Of a DNA stretch of 63,819 bases, positions 10,249-19,400 are shown piece by piece. How positions within the stretch are numbered: the first letter of the stretch is position 1; each line of letters starts with the position of its first letter. This stretch comes from Candidatus Hydrogenedentota bacterium. GTDB lineage: Bacteria > Hydrogenedentota > Hydrogenedentia > Hydrogenedentales > JAEUWI01. The notes below the pieces were generated by a model. It searched no databases, had not been told where the DNA came from, and saw only the letters and a list, made by a program, of their open reading frames with translations. The DNA is taken from the NCBI GenBank assembly GCA_034669905.1, contig JAXMOL010000047.1, forward strand, positions 1 to 63,819, in the 5' to 3' direction. A program made the position numbers and the translations under genes.

Positions 10249-11933
10249 CGGAACCACGGACCACATCTCCGCGCGTATACGATCTTATCGGCCTGGGCGT
10301 ATTCGGCCTGGTGCTTTTCCTGGTGGCCGGTCTGGTGGGCGCGGTAGCCCCGGACTGGCGCTGGGAGCATCATCCTGCCCATGCGCTGGCCGAAGGGCTT
10401 GGTGCCTTCGCGGCGCTGACCGTGGCCACACTCATGTGGACCCTTCGGCGCTTCGACGCCCTCCCCCGGCGGTACACGTGGCTTCTGGGGGGACTCCTGG
10501 CCATGGGGGTGCTGGATCTCTTTCATGCGGTAAACCATGCGGGAAATCTCTTCGTGTGGTACCACTCCCTGGCCGGTTTCTTCGGTGGTGTCCTATTCGC
10601 CGGTATCGTGATTCCACCACGCCGCTTCCTGCGCACGGCCCAACACCTGCCCGTCGGTGTGCTCTACGGGAGTGTGGGCGTGGCGCTCGCTTCCGCCATC
10701 TTCGTGGATGCCCTGCCTCCGATGACCCGGGCCGGTGCATTTACCGATATGGCCCGTGTGTTGAATATCCTTGGCGGGGTGGGCTTCCTGGGCGCAGCGG
10801 TCGTTTTGGCGTGGAATCCCTGGGCGGATGACGATGGGCACCGGCGGCTCTTCGCGAGTCATGCCCTCTTGTTTGGGGTCTCGGGCATTATTTTCGAGCA
10901 ATCGACCCTGTGGGATGGGGTGTGGTGGTTGTGGCATGGATTGCGTCTCGTGGCCTACGGCTGCGCGTTGGGCTTTCTGTTTCATCACGTGTACCGGTCG
11001 CAGTGGGATTTGGTGGCGTCACGGCGGGAGTTGAAAGAGGCCGTATTTCGGAAGACGGAAGAACTCGCGGCCGAGGTGGCCTCCCAATTGGACAACCAGG
11101 CGGCCTACCGCGCGCTGGCAGAGACCCTGGAAGAGCGGGCACGGGAGTTGGAGCGCGCGCAGTTGGCAACGCTGAACATTGCCGAAGACGCGAAAGCGGA
11201 GCGGAGTCGGGCAGAAAATGCGGGTGCGGTGTTGCGCGAAGTGAATGCCGAACTCGACAAATTTGCCTACGTGGCCTCCCATGATCTCAAGGCACCCCTG
11301 CGGGCCATTGAGAATCTGGCCCTCTGGATTCAGCAGGACGCGGAGGAAGTACTCCCGGAAGAGTCAAAGCGGCACTTACGTACCCTGCGACAGCGGATTC
11401 AGCGGATGCGCGCCCTCTTGAATGACTTGTTGGCTTACTCCCGCGCAGGGCGGACCAAGGGCGCATTTGGCACGCTGGATAGTGGTCAGATCGTTCGGGA
11501 GGTTGTCGCGTCGTTGGAAGCGCCGGAGTACATCGAGATCGTGATTGGCGAGGAAATGCCCATCCTGGAAAGTTATCCGCTTCCCTTTTCCCTGGTTATG
11601 CGCAACCTGGTTTCCAATGGCGTGAAGCACATGGGCCAGGAGGCGGGGCGCATTGAGATTAGTGCGGAGGAGGATGGGCCCCTGGTTGCCTTTACCGTGG
11701 CAGACAGTGGCCCGGGCATCCCCGAAGACTATCGGGAGCGGATTTTCGAGATCTTCCAGACCCTCGCTCCCCGGGATGAAGTGGAGGGTACTGGAATGGG
11801 CCTGGCCATTGTACGTAAAGTAGTGGAGTCTGAGGGTGGCCGCATCACGGTTTCGGATAACGGGGATCGCGGCGCGCGCTTTACCTTCTGGTGGCCCAAA
11901 GTCTCGCAACGGGAGAAGCAGCATGCATCGTGA
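10245..11933 (+). CDS. Membrane sensor histidine kinase
   Basis: H-box FAYVASHDLKAPLR, N-box NLVSNGVKH, DSGPGI, GTGMGLAIV. Confidence 0.93.
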   Translation: MTEPRTTSPRVYDLIGLGVFGLVLFLVAGLVGAVAPDWRWEHHPAHALAEGLGAFAALTVATLMWTLRRFDALPRRYTWLLGGLLAMGVLDLFHAVNHAGNLFVWYHSLAGFFGGVLFAGIVIPPRRFLRTAQHLPVGVLYGSVGVALASAIFVDALPPMTRAGAFTDMARVLNILGGVGFLGAAVVLAWNPWADDDGHRRLFASHALLFGVSGIIFEQSTLWDGVWWLWHGLRLVAYGCALGFLFHHVYRSQWDLVASRRELKEAVFRKTEELAAEVASQLDNQAAYRALAETLEERARELERAQLATLNIAEDAKAERSRAENAGAVLREVNAELDKFAYVASHDLKAPLRAIENLALWIQQDAEEVLPEESKRHLRTLRQRIQRMRALLNDLLAYSRAGRTKGAFGTLDSGQIVREVVASLEAPEYIEIVIGEEMPILESYPLPFSLVMRNLVSNGVKHMGQEAGRIEISAEEDGPLVAFTVADSGPGIPEDYRERIFEIFQTLAPRDEVEGTGMGLAIVRKVVESEGGRITVSDNGDRGARFTFWWPKVSQREKQHAS

Positions 11934-12339
11934 GGTTTCCATATTATTGGTAGAAGACGATATTGTCGACGCGGAAGCCATTACCCGCGCGGTGCGCCGC
12001 GAACGGATTTTGAATAATATCGTGCATGTCTCCAATGGCTTGGAGGCTATTGAGGCGTTGCGAAATGAAACCGTCATCGGACATCCCCGGTTTGTGCTGC
12101 TCGATTTGAATATGCCGCGTATGAACGGTATCGAGTTTCTGAAGTATATCCGCGAGGATAGCGCACTTCGGCAGGAGATTGTATTCGTACTCACGACCTC
12201 CGACCTCGATGAGGATAAGGTGGCGGCGTATGGATCCAATGTGGCGGGGTACATCCTGAAAGACAAGGTGGGGGAGGACTTTGAGAAACTGCTGGGGCTC
12301 ATCGACAGTTTCTGGCGCATTGTAGAATTTCCAGGTTGA
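11923..12339 (+). CDS. Single-domain response regulator (Rcp1-like)
   Basis: ILLVEDD, LLDLNMPRMNG, LTTS, GYILK; ATG 11923 overlaps the kinase end. Confidence 0.92.
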   Translation: MHREVSILLVEDDIVDAEAITRAVRRERILNNIVHVSNGLEAIEALRNETVIGHPRFVLLDLNMPRMNGIEFLKYIREDSALRQEIVFVLTTSDLDEDKVAAYGSNVAGYILKDKVGEDFEKLLGLIDSFWRIVEFPG

Positions 12340-12385
12340 GCCCGAGGTACACGGGCGGGCCGTCGTTATGCAAAAAGGATTCAAA

Positions 12386-13963
12386 ATGGAAACAACCCAT
12401 CGCACTTCCGTGCTGATTGTGGATGATGATCAGGTCGATCGAGAAACGGTCGCGCGTTATGTGGGGAAGGATTATGAACTTCACCAGGCGGCGACGGGGA
12501 ACGATGCGCTCGCGCGGGCAAAGCACCAGGTCTTCGGATGCATCTTGTTGGATCTCGGTTTGCCCGATTTCGACGGCCATGAACTCATCGAGCCCCTCGC
12601 CCAGCTTGCGCCAGTGGTTGTAATGACCGGCCATGGTAATGAACGGGCCGCTGTGGAGGCCATGAAGCGCGGCGCGGCAGATTACCTGGTCAAAGATGTT
12701 CTCACCGGGGTGGCCCTCAAGCGGGCTATTACGGGCGCCATCGAGAAACGCCGTCTCGAGGACACCGTCGAGGAACAACGGCGACGTCTCCTGGAGGATG
12801 AGCGCCTCAAGGTCTTGACACAACTTGCCGGCTCTTCGCTGATGGATTTGAATGAGCCCCTCTCGCACCTGAGTCTCGTCCTGGATAGGCTGGCATCAAG
12901 CGCGGCCCTTCCGGATGCGGAGGGAGCCCTCGTGGAAAAGGGCAACCGGGCGCTTTCCCAGGTGAATGCCATTATGCGACGTGTACAACAGATGCGCTTG
13001 CAGGATGCGGCAACGGTGGAGGATGGGAGTTTTGTCATGCCGCCGTGCACCGTGCTCTGTGTCGATGACGACCGGGTGAGCCTGAAAATAATGGAGCGAC
13101 ATCTGGAGCAGTTGTCGAAAGAAATCAGTCTCGTTGGAATACACGTCGCCGCTTCCTTCGCCGAGGCCGCCGAAATGCTACATTCCCACGCCATTGACCT
13201 GGTCGTATCCGATTACAATCTGGGAGACGGAACGGCCCTGGATATTATTCCGTTGGCGATGGGTGCAGAAAAAGCACCGCCTGTCATCGTTACGTCGGGC
13301 GCGGGAGATGAAGATGTGGTCGCCGACGTCCTCCGTGCGGGGGCTTCCGACTATATTCCCAAAGGCACCCTCTCTGCCGAGAAGTTGCGCCTTGCCCTCA
13401 AGCGGAGTCTGGAGCGCGCGGCCATGGTCGCGGACTTGCGTAAGTCTCAAGCGCACATGCATACCCTGGCCTTCACGGACGAACTGACCAAGCTCTACAA
13501 CCGCCGTTTCTTAGAGGAGTCGATGTCGCGGGAACTCAAACGCCTCAATCGGCACCCGGGAAACCTGGCCTTTTGTTTACTTGACCTGGATTATTTCAAA
13601 CGCCTGAACGATACCTATGGACATGCGGCAGGCGATCAGGCACTGCGGGATGTCGGGAAGATTCTGAGCAATTCGGTCCGGAAAACAGATCTGGCCGCCC
13701 GCTATGGCGGCGAGGAATTTGCCGTTTTTCTTCCGGATGCCAATGGGGATGCAGCGCTCTCGGTGGCGGAAGGAATCCGGAAAAAAATCGAGCTTCACCA
13801 GGTGGAGTTTGAAGGGCTGTCTCTGGATCTCACGGCGAGCGTGGGAGTTTCGCTGGTGGATGCAGCCGACACCCGGTCGGTCGCGGAAATCATCGGTGCG
13901 GCAGATGGCGCCCTCTATCGGGCCAAGTCGGAAGGCCGGAACCGGGTGTTCCTCGAAGCATAG
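12386..13963 (+). CDS. Diguanylate cyclase with two receiver domains
   Basis: REC (LLDLGLPD), REC (VSDYNLGD), DELTKLYNRR, RKTD I-site, GGEEF; alternative start 12368. Confidence 0.92.
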   Translation: METTHRTSVLIVDDDQVDRETVARYVGKDYELHQAATGNDALARAKHQVFGCILLDLGLPDFDGHELIEPLAQLAPVVVMTGHGNERAAVEAMKRGAADYLVKDVLTGVALKRAITGAIEKRRLEDTVEEQRRRLLEDERLKVLTQLAGSSLMDLNEPLSHLSLVLDRLASSAALPDAEGALVEKGNRALSQVNAIMRRVQQMRLQDAATVEDGSFVMPPCTVLCVDDDRVSLKIMERHLEQLSKEISLVGIHVAASFAEAAEMLHSHAIDLVVSDYNLGDGTALDIIPLAMGAEKAPPVIVTSGAGDEDVVADVLRAGASDYIPKGTLSAEKLRLALKRSLERAAMVADLRKSQAHMHTLAFTDELTKLYNRRFLEESMSRELKRLNRHPGNLAFCLLDLDYFKRLNDTYGHAAGDQALRDVGKILSNSVRKTDLAARYGGEEFAVFLPDANGDAALSVAEGIRKKIELHQVEFEGLSLDLTASVGVSLVDAADTRSVAEIIGAADGALYRAKSEGRNRVFLEA

Positions 13964-14060
13964 GGCGTAACTCCCCGGGCCGCCAAAGCCTCAACAGGGT
14001 GCCGGACTCACCGATTTCGGACCGGTCGGCCACGTGCTAACCCGTGTGCGACGAGGGGGG

Positions 14061-14096
14061 TTGACAAAGGGATTCAAATAGACTATTTTTATAGTC
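14061..14096 (+). promoter_or_regulatory. sigma70-type promoter overlapped by a putative BlaI-family operator
   Basis: TTGACA (14061-66), 17 nt, TATTTT (14084-89); palindrome GACTAT-TTTT-ATAGTC at 14081-14096. Confidence 0.7.
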
Positions 14097-14139
14097 ATAG
14101 AAACGATGCTATAGATTAACCCGGCAGGAGGCATGCACC

Positions 14140-14556
14140 ATGGTGCGACGAAAAAAAGACGAAGCGCAGGCAGGGGAGCTCACACCACTGGAAGAAGCCG
14201 TTATGGCGGTGGTGTGGCAATTGGGCGAGTGCAGCTCGGCGGAGGTTATTGCGCAGTACAATAATCACCACGAGCCCCTGGCGAAAACGACTATCCGAAC
14301 CGTGTTGGCCAACCTGCGCGAGAAAGGCTTTCTCGCGCCCGTGCCCACGACCGAACGGGGTTTTCGCCTGCGGGCCACGGTGTCACGCAATGACTTCGCC
14401 GCGCGCACCCTTCGCCAGATCACCCGACGCCTCTTGAATGGTAATCCGCGTCATGCCATCACCTGTCTTATCAATGACGATGATATTGACGATGCCGACC
14501 TCGAAGCCATCCAGGCGCTCATTGACGCTCGGAAAAAGAAGGGAGGCGACGCATGA
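14140..14556 (+). CDS. BlaI/MecI/CopY family transcriptional repressor
   Basis: LTPLEEAVMAVVW...TTIRTVLANLREKGFL winged-helix pattern; RBS AGGAGG; coupled to an M56 gene. Confidence 0.92.
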   Translation: MVRRKKDEAQAGELTPLEEAVMAVVWQLGECSSAEVIAQYNNHHEPLAKTTIRTVLANLREKGFLAPVPTTERGFRLRATVSRNDFAARTLRQITRRLLNGNPRHAITCLINDDDIDDADLEAIQALIDARKKKGGDA

Positions 14557-17500
14557 ACCTTCAGCACATCAACGGTGCCATTGTCGCGCTTTCAGAGGGC
14601 CATCCCCTTCTGGGCCGTCTCTTTTTTGCGAGCCTGGAGCTGCTCCTGCTCGGTCTGGCCGTTTGGCTGGTTATTGTCTGCTTTCGACTTAAGGCGCCCC
14701 GTGTAACGGCCCTGCTCTGGCTCATCGTCCTGGTGAAGCCTATCATTACTTTGGCCGTGGGGGCTCCGCTGCCCCTCCTTCAGGTGGCGCCCGCATCGGC
14801 CCCCGACGCGCCCCCGGTCGCCGCCGCCGTTTCGTCGCGTGGCCTGACAGTCTACCTGGATCCCGCGCCGCCGGTTATGGAGCCGGTGGATTCCAGCAGG
14901 GCGCCCCTGCCCCAAACCCCGCAGGCGGTATTCGCGCCGGTTCCAGCACCGGCCCCCCTACCCGTGTCCGCTTCCGAAGGGTCGTCGGTGGGGTGGTCCT
15001 TCTCGCTACCCACCACGCTCCTATTGCTGTGGCTGGTGGGCGTACTCGCCCTGTTGCTGAGCACCCTGGTCGATCGGATTCGGCTCTACCGCTTTGTCCG
15101 GCGTACCGAGACACCGCCCGCCCATGCGGAAGACTTGCTCGCCGCTACGTCCCGTGAACTGGGTGTGGGACAGGCCCGGGGCCTTCGCGTGACCCATGAA
15201 CTGGAATCGCCCGCTATGGTGGGTTGGTTTCGGCCCATGGTGGTGGTGCCCGCCTGGCTGGTGGAAGCCTCCAGTAAAACCGCCCTGGCCTGGGCGCTCC
15301 GTCACGAGTTGACCCATTTGAAACACCGGGACCATGGGGCCAATTTTCTACGTCGCGTAGCCCAGATTCTGTTCTTTTTTCACCCCGTAACCTGGTGGGC
15401 GAGTCGCCGCTGGGAATCGGCCGTCGAGCTGGCCTGCGACCGGGCAGTGGTCCAGACCGATGATGATGTAACCGCTTACGCCGAGCAACTCTATGCCATC
15501 CTGGTGCAGGCGCGGCAACAGCGGAAACGGGCCATGGCCACGGGCCTCTTCGCGACCCGAACCCAGATTAACACCCGTATTGCGGCGTTGCTGAGCACGT
15601 CGCTACGTACACCGGCCCGCCTGGGGGTGGCGGCCGCGCTGGCCCTCACCTGTTTCGCGGGCACGGTGTTCATGATCGGTGGGGCCTTTGTGGACGGCGC
15701 GACGGATACTGGCGACGAAAGCGATGGGTTGGCCGTACGGGACGCCCGCCCTGAACTGCCCGCACGGACTTTGGACTTCTCGTCGGATAGTTCCCTGGGA
15801 ACCCTGTGGATCGGTGATCCCTATCCCTACGATTACACACCGGACCAGGAACCGGACATGACGGAGGCCGGAGGCTGGGTTAAGTTGGGCGATGCCCAGG
15901 GGACCATCGAGATCCCGGCGGGTAAGGTGGTCTGGCTCGATGTGGGGCCCAAGCGGACGGTCGTCGATCTGGCGCCCCTGGCGGACCTGCCGGCCAATGG
16001 GGTGCAATACCTGGACCTGTACCGCCTCGAGCTGGATGACGAGGCCCTCCGGCATCTCTCCGGGCTGACGGAACTGGAAGCGCTCAGTCTCTATCGAACG
16101 AAGGTCACCAACGACGGGCTGCGGCACCTGGCGGGGCTGGTGAATCTGCGTTGGTTGGATCTGGGCGCTTCCGATATTACGGCGGAGGGTCTATGGGCCC
16201 TGGCACCGTTGAAAAAACTAGAGCACCTGGACCTCAATTTCATCAAGTTCCACGAAGAGCCGGTAACAGACCGCGAAGTGGCCCTGACGCCGCCCGAAGT
16301 GACCCCCAATCGTCGGGCGGCGGAGGCCCTGGCGGAGTTGACCGCCTTGCGATGGCTCAATATCAAAGGAGCCAAGGCTACCGGGGAAGATCTTCAGGCC
16401 CTCGCGCCCCTCACCGAATTGCGCACACTGGTGTTGGATTACTGTCCGATTCGGGATGAAGATCTGGCCCATCTGGCACCCTTCACCCAGCTGACGCACC
16501 TTTCGCTGGAGCGGACGGAAATCGGATCCGACTACAAGACCTACCTGGCGGCTCTGCCCGCGCTGGCGGATACGAATATTGACTATACCGCGGCACCCGA
16601 CGCCCCTCACCCCATGGTGACCATCGGGGGGCGGGTGGTGAACGAATCCGGTGCGCCGGTGGAAGGGGTCTCTGTCCAATTTTACGGGAGCTATCCCGAA
16701 TCCGTCAGCATGGGGGGCGATAAGGCGACGACGGATGCCTTGGGCCACTGGGAAATGCGGCTGGCTGCCGGGTGGACCCGGCTCATGGCGAACCTGATTC
16801 ACGAAGACTATATCAGCGATCGGATTCTGGGGCTCCGTCCCATTCCCCCGAAAGAGCAACTCTTCGACCAGACGGCGACCTTCGTGATGGAGAAGGGGAG
16901 TACCTTCACCGGCACCGTCCGTGATGCGGCCGGGAATCCCGTGGCCGGTGCCCTGGTGATGAACAGTAATTTGCGGGGCACCTTCGCCCGTATGATGGAA
17001 GACGCCAATTCCGTCGTGACCGATGACGGGGGCAGATTTACCTTTGCCAATCTCGATAAGAAACGGCACGAGGAACTCACTATTGTTTCGGAAGAACACG
17101 CCCCGGTGGTTCGTCGGTTGGACTACGAAAGCCCCGATGTGCCCATCGAGGTGACCCTCGAGTCCGGCATAGGGGTAGCGGGCAGGTTGAGCGATGCGGC
17201 GGGGGTGCCCCTGGCCGACGTGACCGTTTCCGTGGACGAGTGGCGGCCCAACCGTCAGCATGGGCTGCCGCGGGAAGCCATTACCGACAGCGAAGGGCGC
17301 TTCACCCTGTCGCACATGCCCGACCACGGCACGGTGCGCCTCAGTGCGCAGGAGTCGGGCTACTTCGGTGCTTCGGCCACCACCCTGTTGCCCCTCGCCG
17401 AACCCCTGAACCTGCAGCTTATCAATCGAACGGATTTCCAGGGCCGCGTGGTGGACGCCACGACGGGGCAGCCCGTGACCGACTATGACGTGGAGATGGG

Positions 17501-19061
17501 GCGGGTGACCGATAGCGGAGAGTATTGGTGGTTCACCCGCTTTACCCGGGCCGACGTCAACCGGAAGACCGGTACCTTCACCGCAGAACCGGCGGCCATT
17601 TTTGATGCTACGAAGCGGGTCAATTTTGTGGCGCGCATTCGGGCCAGGGGCTATCAAATCACCGAGTCCAAGTTCCAGGAAGCCGCACGGCTGGGTGAGG
17701 AAGTGACCATCGCCCTCCAACCCAAAGCGACGGTCAAGGCGGTCGTGCGGGATGCCGCGGGAGCACCGGTGGAAGGCGCGCAAGTCGCCTGGGTGCGGGA
17801 TGACCAGCACGCTTTCCTCAGCAACGGGGCACTGAGCGCCGATTATGGCAAGAGCCCTGCCTGGTTTGAAGCGAGCGACGCCGAAGGCCAGGTGGAATTT
17901 GCCGCGGACGAAACGCCGGGGGTCCTGGTCGCCGCCCATGAAAAAGGATTGGCCTGGTTCGACCTGCGCAATGACCAGGAGCCCGTGGTCTTAGACCTTA
18001 TGCCCTGGGTGCGGGTGGAAGGACAGGTTCACGGCGTTCAGGGAGAATTGACGCCCGTGGTCTATAAGACGACGCCCCCTGCGGTGCGCGGTCGGGACGA
18101 CTTCTTCATGTTGGTGGGCAACGCGGTGAACACCGATGAGACGGGAAAGTTTATCGTCGATCATGTTCCGGCCATGCCCCTTTCGATTGGCATCCAACGG
18201 CGTTGGGAGCCATCCCATGGGCAATATCTCAACCCCCAACCGGGGGAAACCCTCCAGGTAGCCATTGGGGATGGTCCCTACGCCGCCACCGGGCGGGTCA
18301 ACCTCGATAAGGTGGCGCACCTCCTGGCAGGAGACCTTGCCCATGCGATGGACGAGCGCCATCTTATGGTGCGGGCCACGCCCACCCAGGGAAATTCGGC
18401 GGAGGCGGTGAATTACATTCCCGAGGTGGATGGCTCCGGGCAATTTCGTCTGGACGGATTGGCGGAAGGGGAGTACACCCTTTCCGTGACCGCCCATGCG
18501 ACACCCCCACAAAATGCCTGCGGACGGGGTACACCCATTGGGCGGGCCGCAAGCACCTTTCGCGTCGGAGGCGGCGTGACGGATGTGCTGGATCTGGGGG
18601 CCATCGGAGTGGCGGGCGTTGACTTTCCCCAGCAGAATGCCGCTGCTCCCCCTATCGAAGGCACCGACCTGGCGAGTGACGCCCAATGGTCGCTGGCCAG
18701 TGAATCGGGCAAGCTGGTCATCCTCGATTTCTGGGCCTCCTGGTGCGCGCCCTGCGTGGCCTCTATGCCGTCCCTGAAAAATACCTATGCCGCCTTGCCC
18801 GCCGACAAGGTATCGCTCGTGGGGCTGAACCTCGACACCACGGTCACCGCCGCCAAGACGCTCATCGACGAAAAGGAACTGCCCTGGAAGCAGGTTCATA
18901 TCGGTGGCTGGGCGGAAGATAATCCCGTCACCGCCGCCTATGGGGTGTCGTTCATCCCCTCGGTGTGGATTCTGGACGCCCACGGCAAGGTCCTCGCCCG
19001 CGATGTGGAGCCGGAAAAGTTGGCCGCCACGGTGGAGGGCCTGTTGAAGTCGGGCGCGTGA
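14553..19061 (+). CDS. BlaR1-like M56 metallopeptidase fused to LRRs, carboxypeptidase-regulatory-like repeats and a TlpA-like thioredoxin
   Basis: HELTH Zn motif, FFFHP, ELACD; LxxLxLxx repeats; repeated GxVxDxxGxPVxGA modules; DFWASWCAPC. Confidence 0.88.
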   Translation: MNLQHINGAIVALSEGHPLLGRLFFASLELLLLGLAVWLVIVCFRLKAPRVTALLWLIVLVKPIITLAVGAPLPLLQVAPASAPDAPPVAAAVSSRGLTVYLDPAPPVMEPVDSSRAPLPQTPQAVFAPVPAPAPLPVSASEGSSVGWSFSLPTTLLLLWLVGVLALLLSTLVDRIRLYRFVRRTETPPAHAEDLLAATSRELGVGQARGLRVTHELESPAMVGWFRPMVVVPAWLVEASSKTALAWALRHELTHLKHRDHGANFLRRVAQILFFFHPVTWWASRRWESAVELACDRAVVQTDDDVTAYAEQLYAILVQARQQRKRAMATGLFATRTQINTRIAALLSTSLRTPARLGVAAALALTCFAGTVFMIGGAFVDGATDTGDESDGLAVRDARPELPARTLDFSSDSSLGTLWIGDPYPYDYTPDQEPDMTEAGGWVKLGDAQGTIEIPAGKVVWLDVGPKRTVVDLAPLADLPANGVQYLDLYRLELDDEALRHLSGLTELEALSLYRTKVTNDGLRHLAGLVNLRWLDLGASDITAEGLWALAPLKKLEHLDLNFIKFHEEPVTDREVALTPPEVTPNRRAAEALAELTALRWLNIKGAKATGEDLQALAPLTELRTLVLDYCPIRDEDLAHLAPFTQLTHLSLERTEIGSDYKTYLAALPALADTNIDYTAAPDAPHPMVTIGGRVVNESGAPVEGVSVQFYGSYPESVSMGGDKATTDALGHWEMRLAAGWTRLMANLIHEDYISDRILGLRPIPPKEQLFDQTATFVMEKGSTFTGTVRDAAGNPVAGALVMNSNLRGTFARMMEDANSVVTDDGGRFTFANLDKKRHEELTIVSEEHAPVVRRLDYESPDVPIEVTLESGIGVAGRLSDAAGVPLADVTVSVDEWRPNRQHGLPREAITDSEGRFTLSHMPDHGTVRLSAQESGYFGASATTLLPLAEPLNLQLINRTDFQGRVVDATTGQPVTDYDVEMGRVTDSGEYWWFTRFTRADVNRKTGTFTAEPAAIFDATKRVNFVARIRARGYQITESKFQEAARLGEEVTIALQPKATVKAVVRDAAGAPVEGAQVAWVRDDQHAFLSNGALSADYGKSPAWFEASDAEGQVEFAADETPGVLVAAHEKGLAWFDLRNDQEPVVLDLMPWVRVEGQVHGVQGELTPVVYKTTPPAVRGRDDFFMLVGNAVNTDETGKFIVDHVPAMPLSIGIQRRWEPSHGQYLNPQPGETLQVAIGDGPYAATGRVNLDKVAHLLAGDLAHAMDERHLMVRATPTQGNSAEAVNYIPEVDGSGQFRLDGLAEGEYTLSVTAHATPPQNACGRGTPIGRAASTFRVGGGVTDVLDLGAIGVAGVDFPQQNAAAPPIEGTDLASDAQWSLASESGKLVILDFWASWCAPCVASMPSLKNTYAALPADKVSLVGLNLDTTVTAAKTLIDEKELPWKQVHIGGWAEDNPVTAAYGVSFIPSVWILDAHGKVLARDVEPEKLAATVEGLLKSGA

Positions 19062-19096
19062 GATGGGCGGGGCTTCAGCTTGGTATTTGAACTGGA

Positions 19097-19268
19097 CGTG
19101 CCGCGCGATCTTCACCCGACGAGTCTGGACGAGTTGGGTGAAGTTCGTGCGCATGGGGTACGTGTGCCAGAGTATTTGATGTTGCTCCCCACCATAGACC
19201 CTCCATACGCCACGTCATGATGGCTCCATGCACACGAAATCTCGCGTAGCGCGACGTCGCGTGGCACG
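19097..19268. repeat. About 170-bp intergenic element with CGTGCCRCGCGA terminal inverted repeats
   Basis: CGTGCCGCGCGA at 19097 and TCGCGTGGCACG ending 19268 (11/12); related copies at 54274-54424 and 56538. Confidence 0.6.
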
Positions 19269-19400
19269 GATGCAACCTGCCAAGCGCGGCATCGCGCTGA
19301 CGTGTTGCGGTGAATCGCTTTCCCCCTGTTTGCACACCACCACGCTATCTGGTGTATAACCCTGGGTGTCAATCATCAACCACCACCGCTCGGGGAATCT

